A DNA stretch of 64,000 nt from Polaromonas sp. (GTDB lineage: Bacteria > Pseudomonadota > Gammaproteobacteria > Burkholderiales > Burkholderiaceae_C), in contig NZ_JADMJK010000054.1 of assembly GCF_018780625.1 (NCBI RefSeq), positions 13,437 to 77,436 of the forward strand. Reading direction: 5' to 3'. The position numbers were made by a program, and so were the translations under genes. This document shows positions 57,881 to 64,000 of this stretch, piece by piece. Within the stretch, counting starts at the first letter, position 1; each line of letters starts with the position of its first letter. The notes under the pieces were generated by a model. That model worked only from the letters and a program-made list of their open reading frames with translations, was not told the origin of the DNA and ran no database searches.

Positions 57881-57942
57881 CGAATTGAATTCTGTATTAA
57901 AAATTTATTTTGCTTATTCACGTTTCTACTTAGATGTGTTCA
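57881..57942. promoter_or_regulatory. AT-rich regulatory region carrying both candidate motifs
   Basis: CGAA-TTGAA-TTCTGTATT at 57881-57898 and TTCAC-N16-GTTCA at 57917-57942. Confidence 0.45.
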
Positions 57943-58156
57943 AAAAACGACTTTCTGTCTCACGTAAAAATAAAATGGCGTTTGAACGGCATCGAGCACG
58001 GCGCCATGGCAGCCTCGGGAAAGCGGAATCGGGGCGAGCGATTGACTGAGCCGCAGGCGAGTTCGGACTCGCCCCCTTTTCCAGGGGCAGCGCAGGCCAG
58101 GCAGAACGGGACTCTTGGGAGACGGATTCGGGCTCGGAGGCAGGCATTTTTCAATA

Positions 58157-58210
58157 AAAATTGCCTCTAGCGCAATACCAGAGGGCGTAAGCAGCTATCG
58201 AACCTGTAGC
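58157..58210 (-). repeat. Comamonadaceae-type intergenic (REP-like) repeat, copy 2
   Basis: Minus strand GCTACAGGTTCGATAGCTGCTT...TGCGCTAGAGGC, collinear with 4445-4498. Confidence 0.65.
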
Positions 58211-58443
58211 GCCATGATTTATTGATGGATACCGGGCGTGGCTGTCTTGAACCGCGCAGGTTGCCAGAAGCGAAGCTCAGGAACCCAGACAGCCGGGTCG
58301 CCGTCGGGCGGTTCCTGGCCAGCCAGCCCGCGAAGAGAACATCAGACTAAAAATTCCATGGCATTCAGTGCAACCGGAGAAAGCGCCACAGGCCGATTCG
58401 ACTAAAAAATAAAACGATCAGCGCCCCTCCCGCGACCAATGAA

Positions 58444-58878
58444 TCAGGCCTGTGCCGCTTCCAGCCCCGACAGCCGCGCGGGATCAGCCCCGGTCTGGCG
58501 CGACAGGTCGTAGGTGTCGAAATACTCGCGCCAGGCGGTGATGAGTCCGTCATCATCGAGTTCGAAAATTGCCATCAGCGCATGGCGCACCGTCTTGCCA
58601 TTGCGGATGAACAGGTCAAGGCGCTCCGTGGCCACCATGTGGTCGTTGGAAACCATGTGGATAGTGCCGCAATGGGGAAACGACACATAGCCAAGCTGGC
58701 GATGGATCTCGGCGCGAATGGCGTCGCGGCCACGGATCACCGGCCCGCCCGGGATGTACAGCTCCCATTGGCCATCGGGTGCGAACATCGAGGCGATTTT
58801 TTCAATATCGGGCACGCGTTCGCCGTCGCCCCAGGCGGATAAAAATTCGCGAACGATGGCTTCCTGTTTCTGTCCCAT
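58444..58878 (-). CDS. Limonene-1,2-epoxide hydrolase / SnoaL-like protein
   Basis: IVREFLSAW, VATERLD (R-x-D), ITAWREYFD. Confidence 0.85.
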   Translation of the reverse strand: MGQKQEAIVREFLSAWGDGERVPDIEKIASMFAPDGQWELYIPGGPVIRGRDAIRAEIHRQLGYVSFPHCGTIHMVSNDHMVATERLDLFIRNGKTVRHALMAIFELDDDGLITAWREYFDTYDLSRQTGADPARLSGLEAAQA

Positions 58879-58880
58879 GG

Positions 58881-59693
58881 TCAAGCTTCCTTTGGTTTTA
58901 ATAAATTGCGCACCACCTGCACATAGGGCACGGCGCAGCTCATGCCGCCGTCCGAACGCATCAGGGTGCCGTTGATGTAGGCTGATTCATCCGAGGCAAG
59001 GAACAGCGCCAGCGCGGCGATGTCCTCCGGTTGCCCGAGACGCGGCACGTTGTGCAGGTCGAGAAAAGCCGCGTCCATTTCCGCATTCGCCCAGGCCTGC
59101 TGCGCCGGCGTCTGGATCACGCCGGGCAGGATGGCGTTGCAGCGGATGCCCTGCTTGCCGAAGGTGGCGGCGATGGTCTGTACATACCAGTTCACCATCG
59201 CCTTGGAGCCGCCGTAGCTGAACTGCGCCACGTCCCCGCCGAGCGAACTGGTGGAAGACGTGAACAAAATCGAACCGCCGCCCTGGCGCAGCATGTGCGG
59301 AATCGCCATCTTGCTGGCCAGCACGCCGCCCAGCACATTGACCCGCACCACATCGAAGAAACGCTCGCTGTCAAAGGCCAGAAAGTCCTTGTCGGCCTTG
59401 CCTTTGCCTGAGGTGTTGACGGCGTTGTTGTAGAGAACGTCGATGCGGCCGAAGTGCGACACCGTTAGGGCGATCATCGCCGCGAGCTGGTCTTCCTGGG
59501 CGACATCGACGGCCATCGCCAGCGCCTTGCCGCCTGCCGCCTCGATCTCGCGCACCACGGCCTCGGCTGCGTCACCGCGCAGGTCGGTGACCAGCACGCG
59601 CGCGCCTTCGCTGGCAAAGCGCAGCGCGGTGGCGCGGCCAATGCCGCTGCCGGCGCCGGTGATGCAGGCGACCTTGTCTTTCAATCTTTCCAT
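58881..59693 (-). CDS. Short-chain dehydrogenase/reductase
   Basis: TGAGSGIG, YNNA, YGGSK, SDGG. Confidence 0.92.
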   Translation of the reverse strand: MERLKDKVACITGAGSGIGRATALRFASEGARVLVTDLRGDAAEAVVREIEAAGGKALAMAVDVAQEDQLAAMIALTVSHFGRIDVLYNNAVNTSGKGKADKDFLAFDSERFFDVVRVNVLGGVLASKMAIPHMLRQGGGSILFTSSTSSLGGDVAQFSYGGSKAMVNWYVQTIAATFGKQGIRCNAILPGVIQTPAQQAWANAEMDAAFLDLHNVPRLGQPEDIAALALFLASDESAYINGTLMRSDGGMSCAVPYVQVVRNLLKPKEA

Positions 59694-59708
59694 ACTGGGT
59701 TTCCTTCG

Positions 59709-61868
59709 TTAAAAAGCTTGAGTCGTCACGGGAATGGCGGACATGCGCGGCATGGCGTTGATGGATTCGAACACCCGGTCATTGCGCACCAGCAGGTTGG
59801 TCGATGCGCCGTGGCGTTCGTAGCTGGCGGGCTCGTTGTCGGCGCGGCCCCAGTTGTGGCTCATCGACACGACGCCGCCGCGCAGCGTGGCGTCAAGCTT
59901 GACGATGGCGACAATCTCGCCGTACTGGGCGCGGATATGCACCCGCTGGCCGGCGGCCAGGCCCAAGCGCACCAAGTCGGCCGGGTTCATGTGCAGCGGG
60001 TTGTAGGGGTTGCGCTGGCGGATGCTTTCAGTCTCCATGCCGATGGAGCCGTTCACGTCGCGCATGCGGCGCACGATCAGGTGAAAAGCGGCTTTGGCCA
60101 TGTCATCCGTTGCAGGCTCCGGCGGCGACTGGGCGGCGACTTCGGCCAGTTCCGCCACCACGTCGGGCGGCGCCACGGCGAAACGGCCGGCCTGCGGCCG
60201 CGCTGGCTGCACGGTGGCGGGCGGGTCGCGCCGATCCCAGACAGCGCCGGGACTCTGCTTGATAGCCTCCAGAGTGACCGTCGCCTTTTCCAGACCGAGC
60301 GCCAGCAATTCCTCGGAACTAGGCAGCCGGTCCAGCGCCAGCGGCTGGCCGCCGTACTGCATCTTCAAGCCGAGCCGCCGGGCCAGCGCGAAGAACACCT
60401 GCCAGTCGTCGATCACGTCGCTGCCTGCCGGCGGCGCGATGGCCGCTGGCGCGAACTGCGTCCAGGCGTCGGGGTACAGCGACTTGCCCAGCGTCAGCGG
60501 CAGGTCATCGCGCTCGTACTGCAGCTTGGGCGAGAACACATAGTGCGCTTCTTCGGCGGTGGTGCTGAGGTGAGGGTCGATGACCACCAGCAGCTCCAGT
60601 GAGCGCAGCGCTGCGAGCATGCGCGCCTTGTCGGGCACCGAGTTGGCGATGTTGGCCCCATCGACGATCAGCGCCTTGATCTGCCCCGGCCCCGGCGTCA
60701 GGATTTCGTCGGCCAGCGTGGCCGTGAGCTTTTCGCCGTAGAGGTGGCCGACGCCGCAAATACGGCTTGGGGGTAACTTATCCCAGGGCCGGGTCGGCGC
60801 CACCACGTCGGCATGCCAGGTGACGGGCGGCTGCAGCGGGTCGTGGTGCGGCATGGGCTCGCCTGCCCGCTTGAAATGGCCGCAGACCACGTCCAGGCAC
60901 TGGATCAGGTGCTCGGCCAGGTTCGAGCGCGGCGCCATGCTGGTGCCGGTGCCGGTGATCACCGCGCCGCGCCGCGAGGCCAGCGCGAACATGTCTGCGG
61001 CCGCCCGCAAGGCCCCGGCGTCAATGCCGGCGCGTTTGGCAACTTCCTCCGGGGTGAATGGATCGACAGCGCGTCGCAGCGCCTCCACACCCTCGACATG
61101 CTGGGCGCAGAACGCCGCATCGTGCCTGCTTGATTCCAGGATCAGGCGCAGCAGCCCGGCGGCAATCACATGGTCCTGGCCGGGCAGCGGCTGCAGGAAG
61201 ATGTCGGCATGGTGCGCCGTTTCGGTCTGGCGCGGATCGACGACGATGATCTTGAGGCCACGCGCCCGCGCCGCTTTCAAGCGCCGTGTCGGGTCGCTGA
61301 CCAGCATGCCGCCGGCCGAATGCGACACCAGCGGGTTGCAGCCGAACACCAGCAAGACTTCGGTATCGTCCACATGCACTTGGCCGGCATGCCACGAACC
61401 GAGCCGGCCGGCCGCGATGTACTTGGCCGACTGGTCGATGGTCAGCGTGGTGTAGAGCGACGAGGAACCCAGCGCCCGCAAAAACTCGCCATGCATCCGG
61501 AAAGCCGTCGAGTTGTGAAAGGCCGCGGTGCCGCGAAACAGCGCCACCGCATCGGGACCATCGCGCGCGATGATGGCAGCCAGCCGCGCCGCGATGTCGT
61601 CCAGCGCCGCATCGGTGCCCACGCGCTGCATCGCGCCATCCGCAGCGCGCTGCAGCGTGTGCAGCTGGCGCGACGCGCCATGGTGGGCGTCTACCGCCTG
61701 CAGTCCCTTGAAGCAGGCGTAGCCCTTGCTGATCGGGTGGTCGCGGTCACCCCGGATACCAATGATGCGGCCTTGGTCAACGGTCAGCACCACGCCGCAG
61801 GCGGCGATGCACATGCGGCAAAAGGACCTGGCTTCGTGCGGTACGTCAGGAGGAGCGGTTGCGGTCAT
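59709..61868 (-). CDS. Molybdopterin (Mo/W-bisPGD) oxidoreductase with a [4Fe-4S] N-terminus
   Basis: CRMCIAAC...CFKG, GCNPLVSH, VDPR.TETA..AD, MNPAD, C-terminal binding domain; no Tat leader. Confidence 0.9.
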   Translation of the reverse strand: MTATAPPDVPHEARSFCRMCIAACGVVLTVDQGRIIGIRGDRDHPISKGYACFKGLQAVDAHHGASRQLHTLQRAADGAMQRVGTDAALDDIAARLAAIIARDGPDAVALFRGTAAFHNSTAFRMHGEFLRALGSSSLYTTLTIDQSAKYIAAGRLGSWHAGQVHVDDTEVLLVFGCNPLVSHSAGGMLVSDPTRRLKAARARGLKIIVVDPRQTETAHHADIFLQPLPGQDHVIAAGLLRLILESSRHDAAFCAQHVEGVEALRRAVDPFTPEEVAKRAGIDAGALRAAADMFALASRRGAVITGTGTSMAPRSNLAEHLIQCLDVVCGHFKRAGEPMPHHDPLQPPVTWHADVVAPTRPWDKLPPSRICGVGHLYGEKLTATLADEILTPGPGQIKALIVDGANIANSVPDKARMLAALRSLELLVVIDPHLSTTAEEAHYVFSPKLQYERDDLPLTLGKSLYPDAWTQFAPAAIAPPAGSDVIDDWQVFFALARRLGLKMQYGGQPLALDRLPSSEELLALGLEKATVTLEAIKQSPGAVWDRRDPPATVQPARPQAGRFAVAPPDVVAELAEVAAQSPPEPATDDMAKAAFHLIVRRMRDVNGSIGMETESIRQRNPYNPLHMNPADLVRLGLAAGQRVHIRAQYGEIVAIVKLDATLRGGVVSMSHNWGRADNEPASYERHGASTNLLVRNDRVFESINAMPRMSAIPVTTQAF

Positions 61869-64000
61869 CCAGCCACTTTATCGGCGCTGCGCTGGCTGTG
61901 TGCCGCCAGCGATGTCGATAAAACGCTGGAAGCATCGACGAGCCGCGTGACGCTGACCGGAATGCCGTTGAGCACCGCATTGCCCGAGGCCGCATCGACA
62001 AAGGGGCCGGGACTCAGCAGGTTGATGTTGATGCCTGCATGCTGCGCGGCCACGCGGGTCTGGGCGCCCGGCGCGCCATGGCCCCAGCCGTGCGGCAGCG
62101 ACACCACCCCGGGGCGAATGTCGTCGGTGACCTCGACGGCCACCTGCACCGCGCCGCTTTCGCTTTTGACCTCGACTGTGTCCGAGGCGGTGATGCCGAG
62201 CCGCTGGGCATCCTGCGTGTGTATATGCAGGGTGCAGCGGTCCTTGCCGCGCACCAGCGCGTCCACGTTGTGCATCCACGAATTCAAGGAACGCAAATGG
62301 CGCCGGCTCACCAGCACCAGCGCGGGCGGCTCGGCGGCCATCGCCTGCTCCAGCCGGGGCAGGTCGGCCAGCACATGCGCCGGCGCCAGCTCGATGCGGC
62401 CGGAAGGCGTGGTCAATGCCGCGTCGCCCTGCGGCCCGGCCATGCCGAGAATGATGCCGTCCGGCTGATCGATGAACGTCTGCAGCGTCAGCCCGCCCGG
62501 ATTCTGGCCGAAGCGCTCGCCAAACGGCCCGCCGCGAATGCACAAGTCAAGCACGCGGGCGCCGCCGTGCTCCGGCAGCGCCGCCAAGGCGGCTTCGCGC
62601 GGGATACCGGTCTGGTCACACATGCCGCCGAAATACTCGTCATCCAGCGCATCTAGGTCGGCTGTCGGATTGCCGCCCATGATGGCCCCCAGGCGCGTGA
62701 GCACTTCCCACTCGGGCGGACGGTCTTCGGGCTCGAACAGGGTGGGCGAGTAATGCCCGCCGATGCTCAGCGAAAACGGCCAGGCATACACGTCCCAGTG
62801 CGGCTGCTCCAGCGGTGACAGGGCCGGCAAGATCACGTGCGCATGGCGCGTGGTCTCATTGCGGTACAGGTCGATGCTGACCATGCATTCGAGCAGCGGC
62901 AGGGCCGCGTCCAGCCGGGCCGAGCCTGGCGCGGACAGCACCGGGTTGCTGCCCATGGTGACCAACGCCCTCACCTGCCCCGGACCCGGCGTGTCGATTT
63001 CCTCGGCCAGGGACGATGCCGGCACCTGGCCCAGCACAGAAGGCACGCCGCGCGTGCGTACCAGCTTGCCGTGCAGCGGCGCGCCGGGCGGGTACGGCGG
63101 GTTCAACGACAGGTGCGGCGCCACCTGCGTGCTCCACAGCGTGCCGCCCACCGCATCCAGGTTGCCGGTCAGCGCGCCCACCACATCCACCAGCCACGAC
63201 GCCAGCGTGCCGAACTCCTGGGTGCAAGTGCCGATGCGGCCATAGACGGCGGCACTGGGCGCATCGGAAATCTCTCGCGCCAGCTGGACGATGACGTCCG
63301 CCGGTACGCCGCAAAAGGCCGATGCGCGCTCGGGCGAGTAAGCCTGCGCCGCCGCGCGCAATGCTTCCAGGCCGTTGACCCGTCCTTCCAGCTGCTTGAG
63401 CCGCACACGGCCTTCCGCAAACAGCACATTCACAACGGCCAGCATCAGGGCGGCGTCGCCGCCAGGACGAATCGATATCCACTGGTCCGCCACCTGCGCG
63501 GTGCCGGTGCGCACCGGATCAACCACGATGACGCGGCCGCCGCGCGCGCGCAGGGCCTTGATCGCGCCCATGGCATCCGGGTGCGAAAAGATGCTGCCCT
63601 TGGACGCCGCCGGGTTGCCGCCGAAGATGACGAACAGGTCGGTGCGGTCCACATCCGGAATCGGCATCTTCCACATGTCGCCATACATCAGGAAGTTGGT
63701 GACGTTCTTGGGCAGCTGGTCCACGCTGCTGGACGAATAGCGGTGCGCAAAACGGCCCTGGCGCACCAGCATGGCGGTGTAGCGGCTGGTGTCAAAGCCG
63801 CCCTTGCTCATGTTGCCGCTATAGAAGGCAAAGGCCTGCTGGCCATGCCGCTCGCGCACGCCGGCGGCCAGTTCCTCGATGCGCTCGAAGGCGGCTTCCC
63901 ATGAGACTTCACGCCACTCACTGCCGTCGCGCACCATCGGCCGGCGCAGGCGGTCCGGGTCGTGGTGCAGCGCGCCCAGCGTCGTGCCCTTGGGGCAGAT
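61865..64000 (-). CDS. Molybdopterin oxidoreductase (5' end beyond the window)
   Basis: Frame open to the window edge (ICPKG...DPDRLRRPMVR); GGNPAASKG, VDPVRT.TA, NETTRHA, NSWMHN, PHGWG. Confidence 0.9.
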   Translation of the reverse strand: MCPKGTTLGALHHDPDRLRRPMVRDGSEWREVSWEAAFERIEELAAGVRERHGQQAFAFYSGNMSKGGFDTSRYTAMLVRQGRFAHRYSSSSVDQLPKNVTNFLMYGDMWKMPIPDVDRTDLFVIFGGNPAASKGSIFSHPDAMGAIKALRARGGRVIVVDPVRTGTAQVADQWISIRPGGDAALMLAVVNVLFAEGRVRLKQLEGRVNGLEALRAAAQAYSPERASAFCGVPADVIVQLAREISDAPSAAVYGRIGTCTQEFGTLASWLVDVVGALTGNLDAVGGTLWSTQVAPHLSLNPPYPPGAPLHGKLVRTRGVPSVLGQVPASSLAEEIDTPGPGQVRALVTMGSNPVLSAPGSARLDAALPLLECMVSIDLYRNETTRHAHVILPALSPLEQPHWDVYAWPFSLSIGGHYSPTLFEPEDRPPEWEVLTRLGAIMGGNPTADLDALDDEYFGGMCDQTGIPREAALAALPEHGGARVLDLCIRGGPFGERFGQNPGGLTLQTFIDQPDGIILGMAGPQGDAALTTPSGRIELAPAHVLADLPRLEQAMAAEPPALVLVSRRHLRSLNSWMHNVDALVRGKDRCTLHIHTQDAQRLGITASDTVEVKSESGAVQVAVEVTDDIRPGVVSLPHGWGHGAPGAQTRVAAQHAGININLLSPGPFVDAASGNAVLNGIPVSVTRLVDASSVLSTSLAAHSQRSADKVAG

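Noticed and set aside
1-64000. CRISPR arrays, tRNA/rRNA genes, IS elements, integrases, defence systems
   Set aside because: I saw no regularly spaced repeats, structural RNA signatures, transposase or recombinase motifs. Nearly all sequence is accounted for by metabolic genes.

Overview
This GC-rich window is almost entirely a catabolic island of about 55 protein-coding genes. The host is probably a Comamonadaceae-type betaproteobacterium, inferred from a Bug/TTT receptor, a Burkholderiales-type porin and two copies of an intergenic repeat typical of that family. I found no rRNA, tRNA, CRISPR array, transposase or integrase. Gene order in 5.7-17.8 kb is AhpD-like, thiolase, 3-hydroxyacyl-CoA dehydrogenase, FAH, amidohydrolase, TetR, divergent CoA ligase, SDRs, then Rieske dioxygenase beta and alpha. 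Gene order in 40-44 kb is FAH, SDR, DUF35, SCP-x thiolase. Both match, from my recollection and not from a search, the abietane diterpenoid (resin acid) dit cluster of Pseudomonas abietaniphila / Paraburkholderia xenovorans. Here that cluster is split and expanded by additional modules. The most notable observations are: (1) an apparent split Rieske oxygenase, where one gene keeps only the [2Fe-2S] ligands and its neighbour keeps only the mononuclear-iron ligands; (2) a palindromic TRWAC-N15-GTWYA motif in most promoter regions, plus a second AGAA-N5-TTCT motif; (3) an IOR / isovaleryl-CoA dehydrogenase / carbonic anhydrase module that could dispose of the isopropyl-bearing ring fragment; (4) an Lva/ACAD10-like kinase plus acyl-CoA dehydrogenase pair; (5) tandem molybdoenzymes with an SDR and an epoxide hydrolase; (6) a DUF1302-DUF1329-YCF48-RND envelope cassette; (7) two hemerythrin-domain genes. 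All substrate assignments are inference.
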